Source: Hydrolagus affinis (Eukaryota). From it: a DNA stretch of 64,000 nt. The translations under genes and the position numbers were made by a program. Below are positions 1-12,090 of this stretch, in pieces. The notes beneath the pieces are model-generated. The model ran no database searches. It had not been told where the DNA came from and saw only the letters and a program-made list of their open reading frames with translations. Numbering within the stretch: position 1 is the first letter of the stretch; each line of letters opens with the position of its first letter. The stretch lies in NCBI GenBank assembly GCA_012026655.1, contig JAAILG010001511.1, positions 1 through 64,000 of the forward strand, given 5' to 3'.

Positions 1-469
1 AGGAAATGCCACAAACTCCCAGGTAGCAATCAGACCCCGGATTGGCTGTATCCCTCATTAGCCAGCGTTTCCTGCCTGTCGGTTCCCACGCATTTCTCTG
101 CTGTGGGCTTGGCAGGAGGAAGCAGTGCAGTGAGAGGGGATTGATAAGCAGCAGGTCTCTAGCCACTCCAGCGAGCGGACAGCGCGATAACACTGCATTG
201 TTTGGCAGCGAGCGGACACACGGGCATTGATCTCACCGCAGGAACCAACGGGAGGTCGGCGGGCAGGTCGTGCACTCACTGACGGGATTTGCTGCGGACC
301 TTTCCCTTTATCCTAATCCTCCCGTTCCTACTCTCCCCATCTGGTTTTGTTCCGAACGACATCTTTTTTCCCCCAAAACAAAACACATTCTCTCACAGAC
401 TCGGTATTGGTCTGAGAGTAGTTAATTACCCTCGAGCTGAGCTTCAAGGCTAACTCGCACCAGTGCAAA

Positions 470-830
470 TTCAGGTCACTTCGTAACGTCTGCCTCCAAT
501 TTGAACATTTCTCCTCACCTTCAAACACCTCCACGGCCTTGCCCCATCCTCTCTCTCTATAATCTCTCGCAGTCCTGAATTCCCGCTCAGTATGTCCGCT
601 CTGCCACCTCAAGCTTGCCCACCATCAAACTTTCTCCTGCCTCTCTTAAGCTCTCTCCTTAAATCCCCCTGCCTTGGCTTGCTCTTTTTCTCTCTATCTC
701 TCTCTCTCAAATTTCAAAACCTGCCTTAAAAATCTAACAGTATCATTGGTCACCTCCCTCCCTGTTTCCACTCTGCTCTGGCTCTCACTCCATCTCTGTA
801 AATGCTTTGTGAGATAGTTTCATCTGGGAC
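470..830 (+). mobile_element. L2-clade LINE 3' fragment
   Basis: Translates LLTFKHLHGLAP, typical of the L2 ORF2 C-terminus, followed by pyrimidine-rich 3' region and TGTAAATGCTTTG tail. Confidence 0.7.
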
Positions 831-1879
831 AGTTACTGTGTAACTGTCCTTGGTCGGTTAAACACGGCAGTCACAAGCTTTACAGATTGATTCACTGGAA
901 TAGTAATAATAAGAATCCTTGCATTTGATATAGCGCCCGATTATGTCATTGAGACGTCTCAAAGTGCTATACACAATATCGTGTAGAGTGGATTGATGGT
1001 GTATTTTGTGGGCAAAACGCCGTTGAAATTGTTAAAACAAGTGACAAAAAATTTCAATTCATCACACTCTGTAACAGAAGGATTTTCTTGTGGGGGAGTG
1101 GGGTGCGGGAGGCTGAGAGTTAAATTGGGGTCTGAAAAATCAAAGGCAACACAGGACAAGAGATACTGTGGTTCAGTGGCGAAGCAGTAACACAGGGAAA
1201 GCTTCTGACAACGTGGGGAACAATGAGAACAAAGATCCCAAGTCATTTACTGTCACCTGAACTCGAGGAGGAGCCAGTGACCTGAAACAGTCTCTGCTGC
1301 CTCTGATCTTCGAGACACATCAAAAGGAAAAGCGGCTCACCGCAGGGTGGCACACTCGGGAAGTGTACGAGACGACTGAGCCCATCAGCAACTCGGCTGG
1401 TATTAAGGTTGACTAATGGACAAAACCACTTGAGGTGGAATCAATCGCTGATGTATTCGATGGCAGCAAACTCCCATTGGATTGTCGCGCAGAGCAAATA
1501 CATCGCTTCGGAGACTTCCTGAAGAAAATAACTGTCCACGTCCGATCAGCGGCGATGCGGGCAAGGTGCACTGCACTCTCAGAATCACAGAATTTTACAG
1601 CACAAAAGGAGGCCATTCAGCCCATCGAGTCTCTGCTGGCTCTTTGAAAAGACCTATCCAAAAAGTCAATCCCACTCCCCAAAGGAGAAGTGGGAGTGTA
1701 TGTACAAATTAGTCACTGCACTTTACACTACGTCCTGTGAAGCGCTTAGAGACGTCCTCCTGATGAAAAAGGTGCTGATCAAACGCACAGATTATTATTA
1801 CTTTTATCATTATTATAATTTCTAAATACCCAGTAACTCTTTGCCCCTCCAGTGGGTATGCTCGGAATGTGGCAACGGG

Positions 1880-1880
<1 letters not shown>

Positions 1881-1911
<31 letters not shown>
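1881..1911. repeat. (CT)n microsatellite
   Basis: Direct reading. Confidence 0.95.
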
Positions 1912-1913
<2 letters not shown>

Positions 1914-3542
1914 TTCCTTCTTCCTTTCTTCTGCAGTTGACGGTTATAGATTTAGGCTGTTTGTAATTAAAACCACTTGCGCCAGCTATCTTTGCTTCTT
2001 TTTTTCATGGCTCAAAGATCAAACGGAGCCTCGGCAACGAGACATTGGCTTTTAAAAAAAAACACCTGATGGTTAAGAGTGGTGTGGGGGGGGGGGGGAG
2101 GGAGAAAAAAAAGTTGTGCAAGAGAGAGCTGGACTTTTTTTTCTTCCTTCAAATACAAACCACAAATCTTTAATGGCGACATCAGCCTCCGACTTCAGTG
2201 AGGATTTCAGTGTTGCGCTGTGACTACTTACTGCTGAAGGTGATCAAATGCAACGCTAGACAAAGGAGATGCCGTGCCCTGAATCGCTTCTCCGTAGCCC
2301 TGCTCTTTGCTCTTTATCCTGTCATTCGACGACAATCTTTTTTGCACATGTGTTTCCTATTAAGTCACATCTGCAGGGTTGGTGGTAGTTGGAGGGTGGG
2401 TGAGGGGAGGGACGGGGACAGAGGGGCTGGTAAGAAAAAAACAATGCTCCACTTCAGGAACAGTGTTGCCAAACCAGATCGAATCAAGAGCAGAGGTGAA
2501 GTAGTTGAGATACAAACAAACGTTGGAAAATATCGCTCGACTTGATGTTCGAGGGAGGGAGGTAAGGGGGGTTAGTTTAGCACGTGAATCCTCGTGAGTC
2601 GTGAGAGATAAAGGGTATAAAAACAGGCATGGAAATCCTGCTGCTGCCCACCTTCACTTGAAGTGGCTCTGAACTACAGTGGCTTTCAATGAAGTGTAAA
2701 ACAGCACAAGGGCATTCCTCCTCCTCCTCGTGTCTCCACTTCATTCAGAGGAACACTGCTTTTTGGAACGCTGCTGCGCATAATTGGCTGCCGCGCTTTG
2801 CCCACAAATGCGCAGTCAATTCACATTGCAGTATATTCTGCGAAGCGCTTTGAGACGTCTAGAAGATGTGAAAAGCGCTGTGTAAAAAAAACGCAACGAT
2901 TACATGCAAGCAGTCTATCGCCTCTCGTAGTGCATCACCAAACCAGAGCAGCCGTGTGTTTATTCTCACCCGAGGCCCGAAATCCCACTTTGCCTCAGCT
3001 TGTAGCAACATTTTGTCTTAAAAGTTTGAGATTGTGTAGTAAGGACGGTAGTAAATTCTCAAGCGTTATGATAATAATAATAATAAGTCAATGTTGTCCG
3101 AATTGAAGAATCTGCCACAATTTCAGGCCCGAGCTGCTTAATCGAGCAAACTTGCCCATTTCACCAATATTCTATTCTATTTTGCCCCTCTGTTCTCTCA
3201 CTCCCGTAGAAATCCACTCCCAGAAAAAAAAGTGTGTCCTAGGGGAATCTGGACACATTAGCGTCTGTCTGCCAGACACTAACCTAGTAGCCAAGTGCTC
3301 CGTTTTGGCACCTGTCCGATTGAGCATTGAAAATCAGGCAAATAGGTTGGAGTCTCGGACCAAACGCAGCCCTGCTATCTTGTTCTGTTGCCAAGTAGCA
3401 TTTAAAGCTAACCACTGTTCAGGCGATTATTTTAAAACGGGTTGAATATTACTTGAAGGCAATAGCTGGCATCCTCTCTGTTCAAACCTCACAAGTTACA
3501 AGGTTAATCGGCACCAACTGAGCTACTCTCAGTCCAAGTTCT

Positions 3543-3577
3543 GTGTGTGTTGGTGTGTGTGTGTGTGTGTGTGTGCG
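3543..3577. repeat. (GT)n microsatellite
   Basis: Direct reading, interrupted. Confidence 0.9.
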
Positions 3578-5669
3578 TGCTGCTATTGCCTCCCTGGTTT
3601 ATCAAGATGCTTGAAACAAGGATGGAAACCAGGGGCGAAAAGCGTTGGCTGCCCATGGAACGAAGAGTCTGAGCACACGAGGACTCGCAAGCCGCTGCAT
3701 GTGTGGAGGGTCCAGTGGAGAGGGAGGGAGGATGTGGAATAAAGGAGACCACAGGGTAGATTAGCTTGGACCTTTAAGAGGAAGATGGCTCTGAATTTCC
3801 CACCCATCAAATGCCCTGCCCACCATCACCAAACCCCCCCACCCACTGAAGTGAAGGTTGGGCCATATGAGGGGGGGAGGGGAGCTGTTTCATGTGCTCC
3901 TCTAGTAAGCCACCTGTATGCTCACACACTGATCCTTTCCCCTTTAAGCTTTGAAAGGGGTATTTATTTTTAACGGGAACTGCTGTGGTTGCTGGAGAGG
4001 AATCCCGTGACTTCCCTAGAGGCAGAAATTGCTCCTAAATTCCAATGAACCCATGTCATGATCATCCAGCGGTTTGGGGGGGCATATCGGTATCAATCAG
4101 TCTGAACACCAATACAAAGAGCGTCTGTCTCTACAGCACCAAACCAGAGTAGCTTTCACTGTCAGGGGCCAGTCTCTTGGGCTCGTCGCAGGTGGGCGGG
4201 CCGGCCGGGCCGGCCCTTTGTTCCCCAGCCCCGTCGCAAGTTCCAGAACATTCTGTGGCAGCACGCAACTGCAGGTGGACTTCGCACGGAACTCGGGTCG
4301 GCATCGCACTGATCAAAAGGAAGAGAGCGACAAGTCATTCTGTAAAGATGCCAAGGCATTCTGTTCGATGCTGCCCGGCCTGCCTGGCCCTGAGCCATGT
4401 TAATAATGGGCCTTCCTGCCGGCATTTCCTCCATCCCCCCCCCCCACACTATGTGCCCACTAAGCTGTGAACTTTGGCAGGGATTCAGCTCACGGTGGCT
4501 TATCAATGTAACTCGGAGAGAGAAAAACACACACACACACAGGCTACAAACCAGAACAGATTGAGCCTTCAGAGGTCAGGCTTCAGGACTGATCTGATTT
4601 TCTATTTGAGATGATTACCAACTAAACAGAGAGTCCAGGAATTAAAAGAAATACGAGGAGGGAGGGTTGTTAGAACAGGAAATGTCTAACCACAGTAACC
4701 CCCCCCACCCCACCCCAAAAAAAGTGGCTGAATCAGCATTCAGGCTTTCTTTTTAACGAGGGAATTAAGACACGCATCACTTTTCGATTTCAAACTGAGC
4801 CAAGCAGAAGCAGGAAAGAGTTTTACTAGATGTAATGTGTTGCCGCACTTCGTCGCGTCAACAAAACGTCTCGAAGTGCTTTACACAGCAGTCGCTGTCA
4901 AACACAGTCCCTGCTTTCGTGGGCAAACGCAGGATGCAAGGATTCAACACATTCCACGTCCGGCGACGTCTCACAAACAGACGAGTGGTCGAGTTCATCT
5001 GGAGGATTGGTGGCTGGGACTCTGGGAGAAAGTCCCTTCTCTTTCTCAATGGTCCCAAACGATCGTTTCAATCCATTTACCAAAATGCACCAACAGTTGA
5101 AACAATATTTTGTTATGTTTGAAATCCTCTAAGTGGTTCCGCCTGGAGTTAAATTTCATTTAATAACAAAAAAAAACTCCCGTCCTCAGGAACATTTCAT
5201 CTTGTACGAGTTTTCTCGCCAAGCTCGATTCTGTCAAGACCAGGAAGAAATGAGAGGCTGGTAATAACAGAGTTGGTTATAACAAGATTCAGCTGTATGC
5301 AAACAGTCCAGAATGTTTATTAATTGAGACACGGGGAATCTCATACATTGACTGCACAGAGCCATCAATGCGATGCCGATAGGAGCCAAGAGGTAAACAA
5401 TCTGAAGATTTGCTCACTAATACAGCTATTAGGACCTGTGATAAGGGATCCTGTGATACTTTAATGATTTGGCAAAATCTTTTGATCAATCTGGGCTCTT
5501 AAGTACTACCAGACTCCAGGTGCTTTGGAACGAGTGTCCGAGAAACCCTTCTGAAAATGGGACCATCAGCACTTTGGCTCAGTCTCAGGGCGGCGGCTGT
5601 GGCTGCTGCTGCTGGGATGTCAGACCAATTACAACTGTGCCATTGAGAACGAAAATGGCCAGAGGGTTG

Positions 5670-5830
5670 CAGAGTTGATTCCCGGGGTCTGTGCTGAGTT
5701 ATCTAATCTTAGCCGAGGCGACAGTAGGGCGCTACTGGCTTTACGGCCCCTGGGTTAGGGAGAGGGAAAAGAAAAAACTAACTAACGCACCGATCTAGTG
5801 ATTTCTGATGATAAGTGTGTGCGCGTGCGT
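5670..5830 (+). mobile_element. Unclassified old SINE-like repeat fragment
   Basis: GTTGATTCCC..GGTCTGTGCTGAGTTATCTAATCTTAGCC...CCCCTGGGTTAGGGAGAGGG resembles a repeat I recall from shark DNA; family not identified. Confidence 0.4.
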
Positions 5831-6499
5831 GACAGTTGTTGGTCGATTTGGCAGAACGCTTTCCGGGGATAACAATCCCTCAAAAAATCCGTGACCGTTT
5901 GTGAGGTACTGATGTGCGCAATTGACTGCCGCGTTTCACCCACAAAATACGCAGTCACTCCACTTCACAACAGATTCTGCGAAGGGCTTTGAGACATCTC
6001 AAAGCCATCATATGACGCTATATCGAATGCAAGGCTAAAGCTGGGAACAGTAGAGGGTTCAGTTAGTTTGGAGAGCACTGGTAATACCAGTTTTATTACC
6101 ATTGCTCCTCATTCATTATTTCCTATATAATGCCTAGTTCTGAAACTTAATGACATGATCCAGTTAGAATCTCAGCTAGTAAGATGACATAAAGCAGGAG
6201 TGAGTGTGTGTGTGTGTATATAAAACAAAATCATTGGAAGATGAAATAGCAGTCCTATAATTTATAGGATTTTTTTGTTTTCCCCTTTTGGGTTTTATGA
6301 CATTGTTAATAATAAAAGTACAACATCAAGGCTCGCGAAGCATACCAGACTTCTGAATCATTCCTGTTCTAAGACCCGAATTAAGAAAAATTTGGTTTAC
6401 TCTTTTACAATGTCAACACGTACGAGATAAAAGAGAGACTGGAATTGGTGAAAGGTTGCAAACACGGTGGACAGAATACAGCATAATCAGGAGAACCTG

Positions 6500-6890
6500 T
6501 TCTAAGTATAGCGCAGGTTCACCAGAATGATACCAGGGTTAAAGGGGTTAAATTATGAGCACGGCTTGGCTTGTATTCCCCGTGTTTAGAAGTTTGAGGG
6601 GTTTATCTAATGATGTGTTTAAAATGAGAAGGGATTTCATAGGGTAAATAGGTAGATAAACTATTTCCATTGACGGGGAAATCCAAAATGAGAGCTAAGC
6701 CATTAGGGGTGAAATCAGGAAGTGCTTTCTCATATAAAGGGTAGCGGAAACTGAGAACTCTCTCCCCTGAAAGGCTGTGGATGCCGGGATCAATGATAGT
6801 TTTTGTGAGTTAAAGATATCAGGGCATCTAAAGCAAATTTGGGAAAATGGTCAAAATGGGATTTCAGGAGGTCACAGAGGTAGGGTGGGG
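6500..6890 (+). mobile_element. CR1-clade LINE 3' fragment
   Basis: RRFTRMIPGLKGLNYE and LGLYS / LRG-LM-VFKM remnants of the CR1 ORF2 C-terminus, with frameshifts. Confidence 0.8.
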
Positions 6891-7527
6891 AGGGGAGGGC
6901 GGGGGGGAGGTGACGCTTGTTAAACTGGGCGAGGATTGAGGTGGTCGGCTCAAGGAGTCTAGTGCAACAGACGACATTATGACTATAAAGGACTAGGCTA
7001 CCCTTCACATAAGCATCAATCAGCGTGGAAAGAGACTCTGAAGAATACCTTCCACTGATAAGCAACCCTACTCCTCATGCACAGAGGCAGGAATTTTAAT
7101 TTAAAACACTGTATGGGGTATCGGGGGAGAGAAAATCTGGAGCTCAAAGCTAGAATCTAATCTCAGGATTAAGATGATGATCCATGATGTTATCAGCATC
7201 CTTTCCCTTTAGATTGCTCCCTTGGAACTCATCCCTGGCACTCTGTTGTTTGATTACAGCATTAAGTTAAATCCTTTTCTAAAAACTGGTGAAGTCAAGG
7301 GACGGAATTGTAGAATCATTTTAACGTTTTGTGGAAAAGCTTCTGAACAATCGAAGCAGTGATTCCGAGTGCTCTGTCCATTAGCTTGTGATATAGTCAA
7401 AGTGTCTCTGTGACGTCAAAACTGACAGAAGCTATAATTGCAGCAGGGACCATTTGCAGGCAAAACACAGCAGCTGAAAAAACCGTACAACCAGAACTGT
7501 CAGTCAGTACATGTGGAGAAACTCTGT

Positions 7528-7870
7528 TAATAATACTAGTCCTTGCATTTGATATACTATCTTATCACATGATTGAGATGTCTCAAAGCTTCATAGAAAT
7601 TACTGCAAAGTGAATTGACTGTATATGTTGTGGGCGAAACGTGGCAGCCAATTGTGCACAGCAGTGTCCCACAAACAATCGTGGATTGAGGGAATAAATT
7701 GGAGGGGCGGGGGGGATTATTACCACCAGAAAGCGACCCACCAATCGACTGGGTTCCTACTCACTGCCTGGTAAACAGAGGAATGTGCAGTAAGGAAACT
7801 TGCCTATGGTTTTGACCTGCTGGTAATCAAACCCAGGTCCTCTCGCAAGGCGAGCGCGCTAACTGCTAGA
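7528..7870 (-). mobile_element. Older, longer SINE subfamily with an extra CORE-like internal segment
   Basis: Same head and tail plus internal CCTCTGTTTACCAGGCAGTGAGTAGGAACC (minus strand), also seen at about 34200-34235 and 62887-62960. Confidence 0.7.
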
Positions 7871-9214
7871 CAAACTACAGACAAACAGGCAAAAGAGGCA
7901 CTGTGGCGGTGTGCGATAAGTTTACAGCTACCAATCCACGATGAAACTTTAGTGATCAGCAAGAAGTGGTGAGAATGGATTGCGCAACAGACAAGCGAGG
8001 AAGCTAAGTACGATACAGCTGCCCCTAGCAGGAAATTAGCACTTATGTCTCGCAGGCCAGCTATTCCTGTTCATCTGGCGTTTTGTGCTCAAACCTAAAC
8101 TCTGAACAATCAAGCTGAAAGTAGTTACGTAAACATTTCCTAGCTCTGTTAAGAAGCTATTGCGTAATATCGCTTTGGTGATGTGTCCATAAAATGTCTG
8201 CAAACATTTAGTGCAAAGCGCCGGTCGCTAGGCTCAAGCTCTCGTTTAAAACAAATCTCTAACGCACGACTGACAGAAACATAGTGTGTAGCCCTGTAAG
8301 GAGAGTCGCAATTTTAAAGTCTCCCACTTTTAAACGGTGCCTTGGCTAAAAAAAAACGTGCTCACATACATTTTTCCAACAAAAAAGGAAACCGCAATCA
8401 TTTTCTTTTTAATGATGCGTTAGTATTTGTCAAAACTCTTCTGTAATTCAGTGCCAATTACCAGGCAGAATAATTAACATTCTGAAAGATAATCAGGAAC
8501 TGTGCGTGGTTCTTAACAGATTTCAGTTCAAAGTCCTTTTCCATTTCCCACTCTCCTAATGCCGCCACTGAAAAAGTTGTCAATCACCATCTGGGCAAGC
8601 ACATCAAAGACTTGGGGACAGCCTGGAGGGGTCAGAGAAAATTCATGGCAGAACCTCTGACTCCCACAGAAGGAAGCCTTGAGAATAACAGTTGCCCTAT
8701 ATAGACAAAATTAACGATTTCAACCGTACACTTCAAAAGTCTCCTGCATTGGTGAGTACATTCATTCACAGAGAAAATTGTACACAGTTGGGTGACTTTA
8801 TTGGCAGACTCGCAGACCTTAGTTGACTGTTTAGTCAGTCCGCTGAACAACACAAACTGCATTCCAATCCAACGTCTCTCTAATTGAAGACAAATGAAAG
8901 CAGCCGGGATGGGAAGAATTCTTTCCAGTTTGTGATTCATAAGGCGCTGCAGATTGGCTGGAATGTTAATGGATAATCGAAATGGATGTCGATCCTCAGT
9001 GGAACATCCGAAGCTCTCCGTTCAACTGTAATGCTCGGGACACGCCAAGCCCCCTAAACGTTGTGGCAGTCAGCGTCAGGAAGTCTCTAAACTAAGCTAT
9101 GAACCATAGCGATGGCGTATATTCTAGCACTCCAGCCACAGTTGTGACATAATTCATCAAAGGCATATGGTCTCATTTGGTTATAAACTATTCCCCTCAA
9201 CTGCAACCAAGGTG

Positions 9215-9530
9215 AAAGAAGGAGCACTCATAGAAGGTTGTGGGATCGTTCCCCAAATAAACTCAGTGTCGGCTGACACACCAGAGCAGTACTGGGGGAA
9301 TCCGATTTCAAGGTCTCATCTACCTATGCAGATGGATGTTAAAGATCCCACAAAACTTTGAGGGGAGGGAGTTTCTCCCAACAATTCTCCAGATTAAAAT
9401 CGCTTATTCACTGCAAGGCTCCTGTGGCTCTCTGTTATACACAGAATGGCTGCTGCTTTTGTTTGTTAAAAGAATCATTCACTACACGTGAAGTCCTTGG
9501 AGATGTATCCACGTATAAACTCTTTCCTTC
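9215..9530 (+). mobile_element. Degenerate Deu-domain SINE (AmnSINE1/SacSINE1-like)
   Basis: CAGATGGATGTTAAAGATCCCAC...GGGAGTTTCTCCC resembles the recalled Deu core CAGGTGGACGTAAAAGATCCC; degenerate head and tail. Confidence 0.65.
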
Positions 9531-10731
9531 TTTCTTAAAGATGCAGAAATGTGGGTAAAGATCGACGGGTCACTGCTTTAAGACTCAAAGCCTGAAATAA
9601 TCCTTTCTGCCTTTAAGAAAATAAACAGTGGTACATGAGCATGATAATTACGCCCACAGTATTGCCTTCTAATTCATGAATGGATACACGCTGCTCTTGT
9701 AGCATTTCATAAATATTGCGGCCACATGTGTTGGTAAATTTATTTTCGTTCCTCACAGAGTAATCTGATGGATTGGAATCACAGCTTTAAATGACTATCA
9801 TCCTGCTAGCCCAGAGAGCACATGCTTTTGCTAATAAACTATACATTTCCATGGAAATCTGAAAACTGTGCCCGGTTGACACAACGTAGAATTCAATCGG
9901 CGGGCTTGGGTTAAAAAAAGTTTTTAAATCAGAATTTTTATGTTTTTTCCTCCAAATCTGCGTCCGGAAGGGTTTTCAGGAACTTATTTGAGCTGAGTTT
10001 GTTCCATAATTCGAAAGGAATGTCATTTCTTGCTCCCTCGCACTTTCAGTCAGTTATCGACGTGGAAGAAAAAAAAATCCATGCGGTTGCTAAATCGCTT
10101 CTGAACCAAACGCTCGCTGAATATTGACAACACAAGTGTGACATTTGGAAGCCAGTGTCAATGGCAAAGAGCCCCCAGGGCTGCTGGATGTCAAAGATGT
10201 CACAATAAAAGGGCTACTCTGATGTCCATCATTCACATCTGTCAGTTTCCTATTCCTGCCCCATTAAAAGCTCTAGCTCTCTTCCTCCTAACCTGAAGCC
10301 ATTAATTTCTTTTTTACATCAAGGCAGCAGATTGCCAGATGAGGCCAACAAACATCAAGCTCCCATCAGATAAACAAGTCTATTATTGGCAGTGGTGATC
10401 AAAGCACAGCGTATCACTCACTTTGCCAATTCTCTTTGGCTTTCTAGTTTAGAAAATCAAACACAGATGAATCCTTGTCGATCCTCAAAGTGAAATTGGT
10501 ATCAGCGTGCTGTTTAAAAAAAGAATAAAAATCCTATTGTTCTGGAAAATGGAGCGTGATGAACATTTTATTTAAAGTTTGGGATCAAGCTAAGTAGCTA
10601 AAGTAGAATACGACCACACAACCTTCCACCGGTGCCCTCCCCACCCCCCCAACACACACGCACAGAATTCACTGAACCCAAATCATAATTGACCTTATTC
10701 CATTTCCTACTGTAACTATCTGTGGGGTGCT

Positions 10732-10920
10732 GGTTAGAGCACTCACCTTACAAGCGAGAGACCTGGGTTCAATTCCAGGCAGGTCAGGGTGAAACTTTGG
10801 GCAAGTTTCCTTACTTCACATGCCTAATAAGATAATCCCTCCAAAAAAAATAATAAATTGGTCATTTCAATCCACGACTGTCTATGGGACACTGCTTGCA
10901 CAATTAGCTGCTGCGTTTCA

Positions 10921-10962
<42 letters not shown>

Positions 10963-11056
10963 TATATGTCAATTCATTTTATTGTAAATTCTGTGAAGCG
11001 CATTGAGATGTCTAGAAGATGTAAAAAGCGCTATATCAAATGCAAGGATTATTATT
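10732..11056 (+). mobile_element. tRNA-derived SINE with internal (TA)n
   Basis: Slightly 5'-truncated head, same body and tail; (TA)n at about 10923-10954. Confidence 0.88.
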
Positions 11057-12031
11057 CTTATTGTCCTACTACAACTAACACAGGACTATGGCTGCAGTTC
11101 AAAATAATAATACAATAATATTTGCATTTTCATAGCGGCAAGAGATGTACATTGCAGATCAACTGTCACCTTAAGTTAAAGTTAGAAACCTACATCAATC
11201 ACAGGCATCCCCCATATCTGTCTGACTTCAGATGGTGAGAGATCCTATATCATAACACCAATGAAAAAGAGACGAGTGCGTCTCCCAGTAGGTCAGTCAC
11301 CTCACGGCTTGTTTGTGCGGTGAACTTTGGCTTGGCTCCTGCATTTGCTTGCAATAACAGTCACGACACTTGGGATAGTAATGACTAATAAAACGCTTTA
11401 GCAGAACAAGGCCTTGTAAAAATGCATGTTGCTTCTGCTTTAGAATTGATTATTGAGATGGCAGAGTCCCAGAGCTCTGCAAAGCCTGGCAGTGGATTGC
11501 AAACCAACAACTTTAAGCGAGTCAAATAACAGGCAACATGCAAGCACGCATGGAACAGCCGTGCAGCAAAAGGAGGCACCAGAGATGACTTGTGAGAGTT
11601 TGTTGCCTGGAAAGACCTCTGTGGTAATCAGCTCAAAGTTAAAGCCTGAAGCTCTAAATGAGGGTCAGTCCTTAGGACAAAGGTCACTTGGCAAGGCACC
11701 AGAGGGTGAAGTGGATATTAAAGAAATTGGAACATAACTCCATTCAATGTGTGTAAAGAAGCCTCGATGAAGTTTGCTGAGCATGTCTTCTTCACAGATA
11801 GCTGCAATTCTTAAACCCTCTTTCTTGATAGTTCTTAAAAAGAACCAGGTTACAAATTATGACCTGATTGAAGAATTCTCTAAGCGTCTCAAATTGCCAG
11901 AGATTGGCCTTAAAGTTGAGGCTATGGGGATTTTAGGTGCCTGTCCACTCAGTGTGTATGATTTCAGATGGGGACGGGGCAATGCAGGTGATTTTTCCCC
12001 CCCACTTCCATAGAATTTCTATGGGTAATTA

Positions 12032-12090
12032 AGTGAATCAATGAATGAATGAACAAATGAGTGAGTAAGTGAGGGAGTGAATGAATGAAT
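12032..12090. repeat. Imperfect (TGAA/TGAG)n tetranucleotide repeat
   Basis: Direct reading. Confidence 0.85.

Noticed and set aside
1341-1519. Exon-like segment with good minus-strand splice sites
   Set aside because: Stops in all three frames and no similarity to ASPSCR1.
4074-4536. GC/CpG-rich patch with overlapping ORFs; considered as an ASPSCR1 3' exon or a nested gene
   Set aside because: A minus-strand acceptor exists near 4310, but no frame resembles the TUG C-terminus (no KVPKWLKLP-like motif) or any recognisable protein.
10858-11118. Recurring similar short ORFs ([12 protein letters not shown]..., KRFETS...KRYIKCKDYY)
   Set aside because: These are translations of SINE body and tail copies, not a peptide family.
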